64,000 nt of DNA from an uncultured delta proteobacterium (GCA_963814585.1 CAWFDF010000014.1:384001-448000); one strand, 5' to 3'. Shown: positions 23,426 to 34,458, numbered from the stretch's first letter. The notes: generated by a model from the sequence alone, not told the origin. Numbers and translations are program-made.

Positions 23426-24778
23426 ATGACCGCATCGAAGACGCTCCTGGCCGGCCTGCTGGCCCTGTCGCTCCCGCTCGCCGCCATCGCCCAGACCGCC
23501 CCCGCAGCAGCCGCCGCGCCCGCCCCGGCTGCGGCCCCGGCCGCTGCCCCCGCAGCCGCTCCGGCCGCCGACGGCGTGAAGTTCACGCCGTACGGCTTCC
23601 TCCTGGCCAACGCCTTCTTCACCGGCAACTCGCTCACCGACCAGGACTACCCGGGCTCGGCCGTGGCCGCGGCCAAGGGCGGCTCGATCCTCTTCAGCGC
23701 CCGCCAGTCGCGCCTCGGCTTCAGGCTCGCCGGCAAGGAGGACCTGACGGGGTCCGACCTGACCGGCGTGGTCGAGTTCGACTTCAGCGCCGGGCACGCT
23801 CCCGGGAACCCGACCTGCACCTACAACCCGGGCCCTCCCGTCTCGATCACCTGCACCCAGGGGGCCGCGGCCTCCACCGGCTGGTACAACGCCCTGGTCC
23901 GGCTCCGGGTGGCCTCGATGACCGCCAGCTGGAAGACCGGCGCCGGCAACTTCTCGGTCCTGGCCGGCCAGGACGTCGGCATCGTCAACACCCTCTTCGC
24001 CGAGAGCATCGCCTGGGTGGCCAAGCCGCTCTTCTGGCAGTCCGGCAACCTCTGGCGCCGCTCGCCGCAGTTCCGGGTGTCCTACGCCAACACCTTCGGT
24101 GACTTCGGCGTGAGCGCGGCCGTGGCCGTGCTCTCGCCGGCCACCACCCAGGTCGGCACCTCGGTCCCGGCCACCGCCCCCAACCCGGACTTCGGCGCCG
24201 GCAACCAGTCGCGCATGCCCAACGTCGAGGCCCGCCTGGCCGGCACCGCCAAGTTCGGCGACGGCCTCACGGCCGCGGTCGGCCTCGGCTACCACCAGAA
24301 CACCCGCCGCCTCGCCTACGGCACCGTCAACCAGCAGGACGTGGACGGCAACCTGTTCGGCGTCGACGTCGACCTCGGCCTGACCAAGTACCTCCAGGTG
24401 AAGGGCGAGTACTACACGGGCAAGGGCTCGGACGACACCTACAACGCCATCGGCGCCTCCACCTACGGCGCCGCCGGCGCCGTCGAGCCGCTCGAGTCGT
24501 CGGGCTACTGGGCCCAGGCGATCATCAAGCCGCTCCCCTGGGTCTGGGTCACCGCGGGGCTCGGCCACGCCGAGGCCGACAAGACCAACTCGGCGGCCAG
24601 CGCCCGCATCGGCAACGACCAGCTGGCCGGCGGCGTGATCATCAACGCCGGCAAGGCCTGGCGCTTCGGCATCGAGTACGCCCAGGTGGAGTCCGAGTAC
24701 CGCGGCGCCACCGCCGCCGCGGCGACCACCAAGCAGGACGCCACCCAGATCGGCGTCTCGTCGATGTTGAGGTTCTAG
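23426..24778 (+). CDS. Outer-membrane beta-barrel porin (DcaP-like)
   Basis: Signal peptide, Ala/Pro linker, SARQSRLGF, VEFDF, RLRVA, LAGQD, PQFRVSY, C-terminal Phe. Confidence 0.75.
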   Translation: MTASKTLLAGLLALSLPLAAIAQTAPAAAAAPAPAAAPAAAPAAAPAADGVKFTPYGFLLANAFFTGNSLTDQDYPGSAVAAAKGGSILFSARQSRLGFRLAGKEDLTGSDLTGVVEFDFSAGHAPGNPTCTYNPGPPVSITCTQGAAASTGWYNALVRLRVASMTASWKTGAGNFSVLAGQDVGIVNTLFAESIAWVAKPLFWQSGNLWRRSPQFRVSYANTFGDFGVSAAVAVLSPATTQVGTSVPATAPNPDFGAGNQSRMPNVEARLAGTAKFGDGLTAAVGLGYHQNTRRLAYGTVNQQDVDGNLFGVDVDLGLTKYLQVKGEYYTGKGSDDTYNAIGASTYGAAGAVEPLESSGYWAQAIIKPLPWVWVTAGLGHAEADKTNSAASARIGNDQLAGGVIINAGKAWRFGIEYAQVESEYRGATAAAATTKQDATQIGVSSMLRF

Positions 24779-24795
24779 TCCCGGGCTTCCAGCGC

Positions 24796-24828
24796 GGGGC
24801 GCCCGTGACCTTCGGGTGCGGGCGCCCC
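24796..24828 (+). terminator. Stable UUCG hairpin after the porin gene (terminator or mRNA stabiliser)
   Basis: GGGGCGCCCG-TG-ACC-TTCG-GGT-G-CGGGCGCCCC; weak T-tail. Confidence 0.65.
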
Positions 24829-24881
24829 TCGTCGTTCTTATGCTGACCTCGTTGCCTCCACCGACTCGAAGGAGCCCCCGC

Positions 24882-26042
24882 ATGCGCCTCGCCTCCCGTT
24901 TCCTCTCCGTCACCGCCGCCGCCGCCCTCGCCCTGCCCGGCCTGGCCGGCGCCGCGCCCGTCAAGATCGGCTTCATCAACACCATCACCGGCCCGCAGGC
25001 CCCCATCGGCGAGAACCTCACCAACGGCATGGAGCTGGCGGTCGAGGACCTGAAGAAGAAGGGCTTCGACATCCAGGTGATCAAGCAGGACGACACCGGC
25101 AAGCCCGACAAGGCCATCAGCGCCATCGAGCAGCTGGCCACCGGTGACGAGGTCTCGGTGGTGGTCGGCCCGTACACCTCGGCGTGCGCCGCCGCCGTGG
25201 CCAAGCAGGCCGAGCAGTACCAGGTCTCGCAGGTCATCCCGGCCGCCTCCAAGGAGGACATCACCCGGCAGGGCTACAAGTGGGTCTACCGGCTCAACGC
25301 CCCCGGCCACGTCTACGCCAAGTCGCTGATCGACGCGGCCCTCTCCTTCGGCAAGCCCAAGACGGTGGCCTTCATCTACGAGTCGACCGACTTCGGCTCC
25401 TCGCTCTCCAAGGTGGGCAAGGAGTACGCCACCAGCAAGGGGCTCAAGGTGGTGGCCGACGAGGGCTACCAGGCCGGCTCGCCCGACTACCGCTCCACGC
25501 TCTCCAAGGTGAAGGGGCAGAACCCCGACCTGGTCTTCATGGTCTCCTACGTGGCCGACGCCATCCTGCTGATGCGGCAGTCGCGCGAGCTCGGCCTCAA
25601 GCCGCAGGCCTTCCTCGGCGGCGGCGCCGGCTTCGACACCGCCCAGTTCGAGAAGGAGGCCGAGATCTCCACCAACGTCTTCTCGGTGACGCAGTGGACC
25701 CCCGACTCCAGCAAGGCCTCGGAGGAGTTCGCGGCCCGCTACCAGGCCAGGTACAACAAGCGCCCGACCTACCACGCCGCCTGCGCCTACGTGGCCATGC
25801 AGGTGGCCGGCGAGGCGGCCGTGAAGTCGGGCGGCGACCGCGTCAAGACCCGCCAGGCGCTGGCCGACGGCACCTGGAGCACCATCATGGGCACGGTCGA
25901 CTTCAAGGACTGGGAGGGCTTCAACAACCAGAACGTGGTGGTGATGCCGGTGACCCAGTACCAGGGCGGCAAGTCGCTGACCGTCTTCCCGGCCAACCTG
26001 GCCAAGGCCAAGGCCGTCTACCCGTTCCCGGGCTGGAAGTAG
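24882..26042 (+). CDS. HAAT-family substrate-binding protein
   Basis: AAGGAG then ATG 24882; signal peptide; KIGFINTITG, DDTGKP, GPYTS. Confidence 0.92.
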   Translation: MRLASRFLSVTAAAALALPGLAGAAPVKIGFINTITGPQAPIGENLTNGMELAVEDLKKKGFDIQVIKQDDTGKPDKAISAIEQLATGDEVSVVVGPYTSACAAAVAKQAEQYQVSQVIPAASKEDITRQGYKWVYRLNAPGHVYAKSLIDAALSFGKPKTVAFIYESTDFGSSLSKVGKEYATSKGLKVVADEGYQAGSPDYRSTLSKVKGQNPDLVFMVSYVADAILLMRQSRELGLKPQAFLGGGAGFDTAQFEKEAEISTNVFSVTQWTPDSSKASEEFAARYQARYNKRPTYHAACAYVAMQVAGEAAVKSGGDRVKTRQALADGTWSTIMGTVDFKDWEGFNNQNVVVMPVTQYQGGKSLTVFPANLAKAKAVYPFPGWK

Positions 26043-26130
26043 CGCCGGCGCCGGATCCCGTGCTCACCGGGGGCGGCCGCCAGGCCGCCCCCACCTTCCC
26101 CGGCCCGCGACGCGCGCGGACGAGGCCTCG

Positions 26131-26997
26131 ATGACCGTCTTCCTGCAGTCCCTGCTGTCCGGCATCCTGGTGGGAGGGGTCTACGCCCTCATCGGCATCG
26201 GCCTGACCATCATCTTCGGCGTGATGCGGGTCATCAACTTCGCCCACGGCGACCTGCTCATGCTCGGGATGTACGTCACCTGGGGGGTCTTCACGCTCTT
26301 CGACCTCGACCCCTACCTGTCCCTGGTCGTCACCGCGCCCGTGCTGTTCCTCTGGGGCGCCATGCTGCAGAAGATCTTCATCAACCGCGTGCTCAACGCG
26401 CTGCCGCAGAACCAGATCCTGCTCACCATCGGCCTGGGGCTGGTGATGAGCAACGCGGTGATGCTGGGCTTCACCTCCGACTACCGCATCCTCACCACCT
26501 CGTACTCCTCCTCGTCGATCAAGCTCCTCGGCCTCTCGATCTCGCAGCCGCTGCTCTATTCGTTCCTGGTGACGGTGGCCATCACCGCCGTGCTGTTCTG
26601 GTTCCTCCAGACCACCGACACCGGGCAGGCCATCCGCGCCACCGCCCAGGACCGCGACGCCGCCCAGCTCATGGGCATCAACGTCAAGCGGATGTCGGTG
26701 CTGGCCTTCGGCCTGGGCACGGCGCTGGCCGGCATCGCCGGCGCCCTGCTGGCGCCCACCTACTACATCTTCCCCCAGGTGGGCGGCCCCTTCACCCTCA
26801 AGGCCTTCGTGGTGGTGGTGCTGGGCGGCATGGGAAGCATCGTCGGCGCCACCCTGGGGGGCATCCTCATCGGCGTCACCGAGTCGCTCTCGGCCGTCTA
26901 CGTGGCCAGCGGCCTGAAGGAGCTGGTGGTCTACGTCCTCTTCCTCCTCATCCTGCTCTTCCGCCCCTCCGGCCTGCTCGGCAAGTCGAGGACCTGA
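26131..26997 (+). CDS. livH: HAAT ABC permease
   Basis: [17 protein letters not shown] and [10 protein letters not shown]. Confidence 0.92.
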   Translation: MTVFLQSLLSGILVGGVYALIGIGLTIIFGVMRVINFAHGDLLMLGMYVTWGVFTLFDLDPYLSLVVTAPVLFLWGAMLQKIFINRVLNALPQNQILLTIGLGLVMSNAVMLGFTSDYRILTTSYSSSSIKLLGLSISQPLLYSFLVTVAITAVLFWFLQTTDTGQAIRATAQDRDAAQLMGINVKRMSVLAFGLGTALAGIAGALLAPTYYIFPQVGGPFTLKAFVVVVLGGMGSIVGATLGGILIGVTESLSAVYVASGLKELVVYVLFLLILLFRPSGLLGKSRT

Positions 26998-28109
26998 TGC
27001 GCGCGCTCCTCTCCTCGCTGCGCGCCCCGCGCGGCTACTCGACCCCGGCCTTCCTGGCCTACCTGGCGGTGATCCTGCTGGTGGCCCTGGTCCCGCAGTT
27101 CTCCCGCAAGCCGCTCATCCTCCACATGTGGATCATGGTCTTCCTGGCGGTGGCCCAGGGCTCGGCCTGGAACGTGGTGGGCGGGTACGCCGGCCAGTAC
27201 TCGGTGGGCCACGCCGCCTACTTCGGCGTGGGCGCCTACATCACCATGCTGCTGCTGGAGCTCTACCAGGTGGCGCCCTGGTACGGCATCGCCGTGGCCG
27301 TGGCCGGCTCGGTGGTGCTCTCGGTGATCATCGGCAGCATCACCTTCCGGCTGCGCGGCCCCTACTTCGTGCTGGCCTCGATCTCCATGGCCGAGATCAT
27401 CCGGCTGGCGGCGCTCCACTTCAAGGACGTCACCCGCGGCGCCGAGGGGATCCTGCTCAGCAGCATCCCGCCGCTCGAGACCCCGTGGTTCACGGTGAAG
27501 TTCCTCGGCAAGGTCCCGTTCTTCTACGCCTCGCTGGGGCTGGCGGTGATCATCATCTCGGTGAACTGGTTCGTCCAGCACACCAAGCTCGGCTACACCT
27601 TCCAGGCCATCCGCGAGGATCAGGACGCCGCCCACAGCCTCGGCATCAACCCCACCCTGCACAAGAACCTGGCGCTGATGATCTCGGCCGCCTTCACCGC
27701 CAGCGCCGGCGGCGTCTTCGCCCTCTACGTCCGCTTCATCGATCCCAACATCGCCTTCGGCATCGACGTCTCGGTGCAGATGGTGCTGATCTGCATCATC
27801 GGCGGCATCGGCACCATCCTCGGGCCGGTGGTCGGCTCGGTGGTGCTGGTGCTCCTCTCCGAGACGCTCCGCAACCCCAAGTGGCTGGTGCAGGCCGGCC
27901 TGCTGGGCTCCGAGTCGCCCACCGTGGCCTTCATCGAGGCCCGCCTCTCCAACGCCCACGTGCTCTTCTACGGCGTGCTGGTGGTGGTGGTGGTCCTCTT
28001 CGCCCCCGACGGCTTCCTCGGCCTGCTCCGCGACGCCACCGCCCGGGTGAAGAAGCGGCTGGCCGCCGGGCGCGCTCCCCCCAGCCAGCCCGCGGAGGCG
28101 GCCAAGTAG
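26997..28109 (+). CDS. livM: HAAT ABC permease
   Basis: [20 protein letters not shown] and AIREDQDAA. Confidence 0.92.
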   Translation: MRALLSSLRAPRGYSTPAFLAYLAVILLVALVPQFSRKPLILHMWIMVFLAVAQGSAWNVVGGYAGQYSVGHAAYFGVGAYITMLLLELYQVAPWYGIAVAVAGSVVLSVIIGSITFRLRGPYFVLASISMAEIIRLAALHFKDVTRGAEGILLSSIPPLETPWFTVKFLGKVPFFYASLGLAVIIISVNWFVQHTKLGYTFQAIREDQDAAHSLGINPTLHKNLALMISAAFTASAGGVFALYVRFIDPNIAFGIDVSVQMVLICIIGGIGTILGPVVGSVVLVLLSETLRNPKWLVQAGLLGSESPTVAFIEARLSNAHVLFYGVLVVVVVLFAPDGFLGLLRDATARVKKRLAAGRAPPSQPAEAAK

Positions 28110-28122
28110 CCGGACACCACCC

Positions 28123-28848
28123 ATGCCCGCCATCCTCGAGATCAAGAACGTCTCCAAGCACTTCGGCGGTCTCGCCGCCAACTCCGACGTCAGCTTCGAC
28201 GTCGCCCACGGCGAGATCGTCGGCCTGATCGGCCCCAACGGCGCCGGCAAGACCACCCTCTTCAACTGCATCACCGGCTATTACCCGCCCACCAAGGGCG
28301 ACGTGATCTTCAAGGGCGCCCGCCTCAACGGCCTGCAGCCCGACAAGGTCTGCCGGCTCGGCATGGTCCGGACCTGGCAGAAGGTCCGGCCGCTCGCCAA
28401 GATGTCGGTGCTCGACAACGTCATGGTGGGGGCGCTGGTCCGCACCCACTCGCTCCGGGTGGCCCGCGAGGTCGCCAGGGAGAAGATCGGCGTGGTCCGC
28501 CTGGAGCACAAGACCGGCTTCCTGGCCGGCGGCCTGCCCATCGGCGAGCGCAAGAAGCTGGAGGTGGCGCGCGCCCTGGCCACCAAGCCCGAGATGCTGC
28601 TGCTCGACGAGGTGATGGGCGGCCTCAACCAGGCCGAGTCGGAGGAGATCATCCTGCTCATCCTCGAGCTGAAGAGGCTCGGGCTCACCCAGGTGGTGAT
28701 CGAGCACGACATGAAGGCCATCATGAGGCTCTCGGATCGGATCGTGGTGCTCAACTCGGGCGAGAAGCTGGCCGAGGGGACCCCCACCGAGGTGGCCACC
28801 AACAAGGACGTGATCACCGCGTACCTCGGAGAGGCCGTCGATGCTTGA
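28123..28848 (+). CDS. livG: HAAT ABC ATP-binding protein
   Basis: [19 protein letters not shown]. Confidence 0.92.
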   Translation: MPAILEIKNVSKHFGGLAANSDVSFDVAHGEIVGLIGPNGAGKTTLFNCITGYYPPTKGDVIFKGARLNGLQPDKVCRLGMVRTWQKVRPLAKMSVLDNVMVGALVRTHSLRVAREVAREKIGVVRLEHKTGFLAGGLPIGERKKLEVARALATKPEMLLLDEVMGGLNQAESEEIILLILELKRLGLTQVVIEHDMKAIMRLSDRIVVLNSGEKLAEGTPTEVATNKDVITAYLGEAVDA

Positions 28849-29545
28849 GATCAAGCAGCTCACCTACGCCTACGGCGACCTGCAGGTGCTCTGGGGCGTC
28901 GATCTCGAGGTCCGGCAGGGCGAGATCGTCACGGTGGTCGGCGCCAACGGCGCCGGCAAGTCGACCATCCTCCGCAACGTCTCCAGGCTGCTCAGGCCCA
29001 CCGGCGGCTCGATCACCTTCGAGGGGGCCGACCTCGCCAGGCTGCAGCCGCACCAGGTGGTGGCCCAGGGGCTGGTGCAGGTTCCCGAGGCGCGCCGCAT
29101 CTTCCCCGAGCTGACGGTGGTGGAGAACCTGCGGATGGGGTCCTACCTGCCCGCCACCCGTCCCGATCGGGCCCGCAACATGGACCGGGCCTTCTCGCTC
29201 TTTCCCAGGCTGGCCGAGCGGCGCAAGCAGCTGGGCGGCACCATGTCGGGCGGGGAGCAGCAGATGCTGGCCATCGCCCGCGGGCTGATGGCCAATCCCA
29301 AGCTGCTGCTCCTCGACGAGCCCAGCCTGGGGCTGTCTCCGCTCTTCGTGAAGAACATCTTCGACATCATCAAGGAGATCAACAGGCAGGGCACCACCAT
29401 CCTGCTGGTCGAGCAGAACGTCTACCAGTCGCTCAAGATCTCCTCGCGCGCCTACGTGCTGGAGACCGGCCGCGTCGTCCTCACCGGCACCGGCGCCGAG
29501 CTGCTCGGCAACGACCACGTCCGCAAGGCGTTCCTCGGCATCTGA
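28841..29545 (+). CDS. livF: HAAT ABC ATP-binding protein
   Basis: GANGAGKST, MSGGEQQMLA, LDEPSLGL. Confidence 0.92.
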   Translation: MLEIKQLTYAYGDLQVLWGVDLEVRQGEIVTVVGANGAGKSTILRNVSRLLRPTGGSITFEGADLARLQPHQVVAQGLVQVPEARRIFPELTVVENLRMGSYLPATRPDRARNMDRAFSLFPRLAERRKQLGGTMSGGEQQMLAIARGLMANPKLLLLDEPSLGLSPLFVKNIFDIIKEINRQGTTILLVEQNVYQSLKISSRAYVLETGRVVLTGTGAELLGNDHVRKAFLGI

Positions 29546-29572
29546 GCCGGGGCGCCACCGCACCGGCCGGCG

Positions 29573-30316
29573 TCACCAGAGCATGCGCGCCGCGGCGTAG
29601 AGCCCGACGCTGATCGCCACCCAGCGCATGCCGGCCGGCGGGAGCCGCTGGGCGAGGTGCGCGCCGGCCCAGCCCCCCAGCCCTGCCGCCACCGCCATCA
29701 GGGCGGCCTCCGGCAACCGGGCCGCGCCGGCGCCCAGGAAGATCAGCGCCGCCACGCCGTTGATGAGGAACGAGAAGAGCACCTTGAGCCCGTTGGCGTG
29801 CTGCAGGCTGGACTTGAGCAGGATCCCCATCGCCGCCAGCATCAGGATCCCCATGCCGGCGCCGAAGTAGCCGCCGTAGATGGCGACCGCCAGCTGGATG
29901 AACCAGGCCGCCGCCGGATGGTCGCTCCCCGGCACCTTCGCCAGCAGCCGCTTGAGCGGCCCCTGGAACGCCAGCAGCAGGCAGGCGAAGACGATCAGCC
30001 AGGGGACCACCGCCGCGAAGACCTTCTCGGGCAGCCAGAGGACCAGCAGGGATCCCAGCACCCCGCCCACCAGCGACGGCACCGCCAGGGCCACCGCCAT
30101 CTTCCTCTCGTCGGCGAGGTGGCGCCGATAGGCCCAGGCGCCCGAGAGCTGGCCCGGCCAGAGCGCCAGGGTGTTGGTGGCATTGGCGGCCACCGGCCCG
30201 ACGCCGACGGCGAGCAGCGCCGGGAAGGTGAGCAGGGTGCCGCCTCCGGCGATGGCGTTCACGACGCCCGCGCCCGCGGCGGCGGCAGCAAGCAGGACGG
30301 CGTCGGCCAGGTTCAT
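29573..30316 (-). CDS. TauE/SafE family exporter
   Basis: NAIAGGGTLLTFP and YGGYFGAGMG. Confidence 0.88.
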   Translation of the reverse strand: MNLADAVLLAAAAAGAGVVNAIAGGGTLLTFPALLAVGVGPVAANATNTLALWPGQLSGAWAYRRHLADERKMAVALAVPSLVGGVLGSLLVLWLPEKVFAAVVPWLIVFACLLLAFQGPLKRLLAKVPGSDHPAAAWFIQLAVAIYGGYFGAGMGILMLAAMGILLKSSLQHANGLKVLFSFLINGVAALIFLGAGAARLPEAALMAVAAGLGGWAGAHLAQRLPPAGMRWVAISVGLYAAARMLW

Positions 30317-30440
30317 GCCGAGGCCCTGCTGCCTCGACCCCGGCCAGACGCCTGCAGCGAGAGCCGATCCTCTCGCCGTGGCAGGCAGCCTCGCTTCGGT
30401 CTCGGCGCACTCGTCACGTCATCTCGCCTGGGTCGGGGCC

Positions 30441-32945
30441 CTACCGCCGGCCTCGCCCGCCGCCGCGGCCGGACTTGCCGCCTGACTTGCCCCCGGGCTT
30501 CCGGCCGCCTTGTTGGCCCTGGCGGGCCGGCTTGCCGTGGCCCTTGCCACCGCCGTGGCCCTTGCCGCCGCCCTGGCCCTTGCCACCGCCCTGGCCCCTG
30601 GCCGCCTGGCCCCCGCTGGCCTGCTGCCCGCGGCGCCCGCCCGCCGAGCCGCTCCCGGACCGGGCGGCGCCCGACCTCCCCCGGGGGCTGCCGCGAGCGC
30701 CGCCGTCCAGCAGCCTCCTCGTCCCGTCCGGCCTGGCCGCGCCCTGCAGGGCCGGATCGGCCTCCGGCAGCTCGGAGACCAGCGCCAGGTCGATGCGCCG
30801 CCGCTCGATGCTCACGTCGGCCACCCGCACCTCGACCGGATCACCGACCCGGAAGGCCCGGCCGCTGCCGCGGTCCAGCAGCGCGTGGTGGAGCGGATCG
30901 AGATCGAACCTCCCGGGGAGGGTCTCGGCCCGGACCAGCCCCTCGACGAAGAACGGGGTGAGCTCCACGAAGAGCCCGGGCTCGGCCACCGCCGCCACGC
31001 TCCCGGCGTAGCGCTCCCCGACCTTGTCCCTCATGAAGAGGGCCGCGTAGTAGGAGGCGATCTCGCGCTCCGCCTCCATGGCCGCCCGCTCGCGCTCGCT
31101 GGCGCGCGATGCCAGCTCGGCGAGCTCCTCGCCGGTGGTCCGCTCGACCGCCTGCCGACCGCGCCGCGCCCACTCCTCGCGCAGCAGCCGGTGGACCACC
31201 AGGTCCGGGTAGCGCCGGATGGGCGAGGTGAAGTGGAGGTAGTGGTCGGCGGCGAGGCCGAAGTGACCGGAGTCCTCGGGGGAGTAGACCGCCTGCATCA
31301 TGGCCCGGAGGAGCAGCTGGTTGAGCGCCCGCTGCTGCGGGTGGCCCTGCAGCCGCGTGAGCAGCTCGTCGAGGGCGCGGGGATCGAGCGCGCCGGCCGG
31401 GACGGTGAAGCCGTGGGCCTCGGCCAGCTCGGCGAAGGCGCGCAGCTTCTCGTCGTCGGGGGTGCCGTGGATCCGGTAGATGGTCGGGAGCTCGCGCGCC
31501 GAGAACCAGAGGGCCACCGCCTCGTTGGCGGCCAGCATGAACTCCTCGACGATCCGGTGGGCCCGGTTGCGAGGCCGCTTCTCGATGCCGCTGACGTGCC
31601 CGGCCTCGTCGACGAGGATCTTGGCCTCGGGGAGGTCGAAGTCGATGGCGCCGCGCCGCCGCCGCATGGCGGTGAGCTGCTCCTGGAGCTGGCCCATGAG
31701 CTCGAACTGCGGCCGGAAGCGCTCGCGGTGCGGCACCTGCTGGCCGGCGAGCACCTGGGCCACCTCGGTGTAGGTGCAGCGCGCGGCGCTCCGCATCACC
31801 GCCTGGTAGACCTCGACCCCCTTCGGCTCGCCGCCCGGTCCGATGGTCATGTCGGCGACCATGCAGAGCCGCTCGACGTCGGGGTTGAGCGAGCAGATGC
31901 CGTTGCTGAGCCGCTCCGGGAGCATGGGCAGCACCTGCATGGGGAAGTAGACGCTGGTTCCGCGCCGCAGCGCCTCCTCGTCGAGCGCCGAGCCGCGCCG
32001 GACGTAGTGCGAGACGTCGGCGATGGCCACCACCAGGCGCCACGCCGCGCCACCCTTCCCCCCCGCCAGCCGCTCCAGGTAGACCGCGTCGTCGAAGTCG
32101 CGGGCGTCCTCGCCGTCGATGGTGACCAGGGGCAGCGAGGTGAGATCGCGGCGCCCCGGCCGGTCCTCGGGCCGGACCTGGTCCGGCACCTGCCCCGCCT
32201 CGGCCAGCACCGCCTCCGGGAAGACGTCGGCGAAGCCCTTGGCGTAGGCCACGCTCAGCACCTCGACGCGCGGCTCGCCGGGGCGGCCGATCACCTCGAC
32301 CACCTCCCCCGCCAGGGCGCCGGTGCCGGGGGCGAGCGCCACCTTCACCACGTCGCCGTCACGAGCCAGGCTGGAGTCGGGGACCGGGACCTCCCAGCCG
32401 AGGGAGAGGTCGTTGGGCACCACCCCGGCGCCGCGCCGCTGGGCGCGGTAGGTGCCGATGAAGAACCGCCGGCGCCGCTCCACCACCTCGAGGAGCCGGC
32501 CGGCCGAGCGGCCGCCGCGCCCGGGCACGACCTCCACGCGCACCACGTCGCCATCGAGCGCGCGGGTGGCCTCGCCGGGCGGCAGGAAGACGTCCTCGCC
32601 CTTCCGATCGAGCCGGGCCACGAAGCCGAAGCCATCGCGGTGGCGCGTCAGCGTGCCGAGCACGCCCTCGCTCCGCGCGCCGGCGGGGCGCCTCGCGGAC
32701 CTCCCCGGCTGGTCCGCCGCGCCGCCGTCCGTGGCCGCCGGGCTGGCCAGGCCGTAGCGCTTGCCGTCGCGGATCGCCACGCCGTCACGGACCAGCTCGC
32801 GCAGGATCCGCTTGGCCTCGGTCTGCTCGCCGCCATGGAGCCCGGCCCGCTGCAGCAGCTCCTGCACGCCGGCGGGGCGCCCGGCGGCGCGGAGGGCCGA
32901 GAGGAGCGCGTCCTGGCGGCGCTCTCGCTTGATCTGGTCGCTCAT
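30441..32945 (-). CDS. rnr: Ribonuclease R
   Basis: TIDGEDARDFDDA, HFTSPIRRYPD, S1 domain and basic tail. Confidence 0.96.
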   Translation of the reverse strand: MSDQIKRERRQDALLSALRAAGRPAGVQELLQRAGLHGGEQTEAKRILRELVRDGVAIRDGKRYGLASPAATDGGAADQPGRSARRPAGARSEGVLGTLTRHRDGFGFVARLDRKGEDVFLPPGEATRALDGDVVRVEVVPGRGGRSAGRLLEVVERRRRFFIGTYRAQRRGAGVVPNDLSLGWEVPVPDSSLARDGDVVKVALAPGTGALAGEVVEVIGRPGEPRVEVLSVAYAKGFADVFPEAVLAEAGQVPDQVRPEDRPGRRDLTSLPLVTIDGEDARDFDDAVYLERLAGGKGGAAWRLVVAIADVSHYVRRGSALDEEALRRGTSVYFPMQVLPMLPERLSNGICSLNPDVERLCMVADMTIGPGGEPKGVEVYQAVMRSAARCTYTEVAQVLAGQQVPHRERFRPQFELMGQLQEQLTAMRRRRGAIDFDLPEAKILVDEAGHVSGIEKRPRNRAHRIVEEFMLAANEAVALWFSARELPTIYRIHGTPDDEKLRAFAELAEAHGFTVPAGALDPRALDELLTRLQGHPQQRALNQLLLRAMMQAVYSPEDSGHFGLAADHYLHFTSPIRRYPDLVVHRLLREEWARRGRQAVERTTGEELAELASRASERERAAMEAEREIASYYAALFMRDKVGERYAGSVAAVAEPGLFVELTPFFVEGLVRAETLPGRFDLDPLHHALLDRGSGRAFRVGDPVEVRVADVSIERRRIDLALVSELPEADPALQGAARPDGTRRLLDGGARGSPRGRSGAARSGSGSAGGRRGQQASGGQAARGQGGGKGQGGGKGHGGGKGHGKPARQGQQGGRKPGGKSGGKSGRGGGRGRR

Positions 32946-33017
32946 TCGTAGCCGCGTAGTCTACACGCTCACCCGGCGGGGAGCGACGGCGCCCGGCGTC
33001 GGTGCTATGAGTCCTCC

Positions 33018-34235
33018 GTGCTCACCCCGGCCGAGGCGCTCGACCGCATCCTCGCGAGGACCCTCCGGCTGGGGCCCCTGGAGCCCGAGCGGGTGCCGCT
33101 GGCGGCGGCGGAGGGACGGGCGCTGGCCGCACCCCTCCGCGCCCGGGCGCCGCTGCCCCCCTTCGCGGCCTCCACCATGGACGGCTTCGCCTTCCGCGCC
33201 AGCGACCTGCCCGGCCCCGGTGGCCGGCTCCGGATCGACGGCACGGTGGCGGCCGGCCATCCGTGGCGAGTCCCGCTGCGCCCGGGCGCCTGCCTCCGGA
33301 TCTTCACCGGCGCGCCACTGCCTCCCGGCGCCGATGCCGTGGAGATGCAGGAGCGGGTGGCGGTGAGCCACGCCGTGGCCCGCTTCGAGCGGGCTGGCGA
33401 GACCGGACGCTTCGTGCGGCCGGCCGGCAGCGATGTCGCCCGCGGTGCCGTGGCCCTCCCCGCCGGCACCCGGCTCGATCCCGGGGCCATCGGCCTCGCC
33501 GCCGCGCTCGGCTGCGTGAGGGTGGCCGTGGCGCGACGCCCGCGGGTGGCCATCCTGGCGACCGGCGACGAGGTGGTGCCGCTGGGGCACCGCCCCGGGC
33601 CGGGCCAGATCATCGAGTCGAATGCCTACGCCCTGGCCGCGGCCGTTCGCGAGGCCGGCGGTGAGCCCCGCCTCCTCGGCATCGTGCCGGACCGCCCCGC
33701 GGCGCTGCGCCGGGCCATCGGGCGCGCCCGGGCCGCCGACGTGCTGGTCACCATCGGCGGCGTCTCGGTCGGGGCGCGCGACCTGGTGCGCGGCGGCCTG
33801 GCCGAGGCGGGGGCCACGATCGCCTTCTGGCGTGTGGCCATGCGGCCCGGCAAGCCGTTCCTCTTCGGCCGGCTGGGCCGGACGCTGGTCTTCGGCCTGC
33901 CGGGCAACCCAGCCAGCGCCCTGGTCGCCTTCGAGCTCTTCGCCCGGCCCGCCCTGCGCGCCCTGGCGGGACTGCCGGGCGCCGGCCGGCTGGTGGTCCA
34001 GGCCCGGCTCGACGTCCGGCAGGTCAAGCCGCCCGGGCTCTCGGTCTACCTGCGGTCGAGGGTGGAGTCGCGCCGCGGTGAGGCGTGGGTGGTGCCGCTG
34101 CCGACCCAGCTCAGCGGCGACCTCACCTCCTCCGCGGACGTGGGCGCGCTCGCGCTCCTCCCGGCCGGGAGGACCCGCCTGGGACGGGGAGCCCGCGTGG
34201 CGGCCATCCTGCTCGGCCCGATGGCCGGGGCCTGA
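33018..34235 (+). CDS. moeA: Molybdopterin molybdotransferase
   Basis: STMDGFA, IFTGAPLP, ATGDE, GGVSVG, RPGKP, GLPGNP. Confidence 0.95.
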   Translation: MLTPAEALDRILARTLRLGPLEPERVPLAAAEGRALAAPLRARAPLPPFAASTMDGFAFRASDLPGPGGRLRIDGTVAAGHPWRVPLRPGACLRIFTGAPLPPGADAVEMQERVAVSHAVARFERAGETGRFVRPAGSDVARGAVALPAGTRLDPGAIGLAAALGCVRVAVARRPRVAILATGDEVVPLGHRPGPGQIIESNAYALAAAVREAGGEPRLLGIVPDRPAALRRAIGRARAADVLVTIGGVSVGARDLVRGGLAEAGATIAFWRVAMRPGKPFLFGRLGRTLVFGLPGNPASALVAFELFARPALRALAGLPGAGRLVVQARLDVRQVKPPGLSVYLRSRVESRRGEAWVVPLPTQLSGDLTSSADVGALALLPAGRTRLGRGARVAAILLGPMAGA

Positions 34236-34319
34236 GACGCCCCGGGGGCCGCGTGCTCCCGGTGCTGCGACCACCAGTCGCGGCGGTTCGGACTTGACGG
34301 GCCGCACCGATTCACTTGA

Positions 34320-34453
34320 GGTGCGTTCCTCGTGGAGGGCCACTCCATCGTGGGAAGGCATTCCTCCGCCCGAAGTGCTATCTCCCGCCCGGCGGTTGGA
34401 CCCGGGAGCCGGAGCGCCGCCATCGCGTCCCCATTCGATCCACGAGGAGCACC
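34320..34453 (+). promoter_or_regulatory. Candidate structured 5' leader sequestering the RBS of the XRE gene
   Basis: GGTGC-GT-TCCTCGTGGA (34320-34336) is complementary to TCCACGAGGA-GCACC (34439-34453), which contains GAGGAG. Confidence 0.5.
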
Positions 34454-34458
34454 ACACC

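Noticed and set aside
26069..26092. GC hairpin after the second substrate-binding protein gene
   Set aside because: No U-tract; an ordinary intra-operon stabilising hairpin at most.
30500..30610. GGGKGQ/GGGKGH repeats at the rnr 3' end
   Set aside because: Low-complexity basic tails are normal for RNase R.
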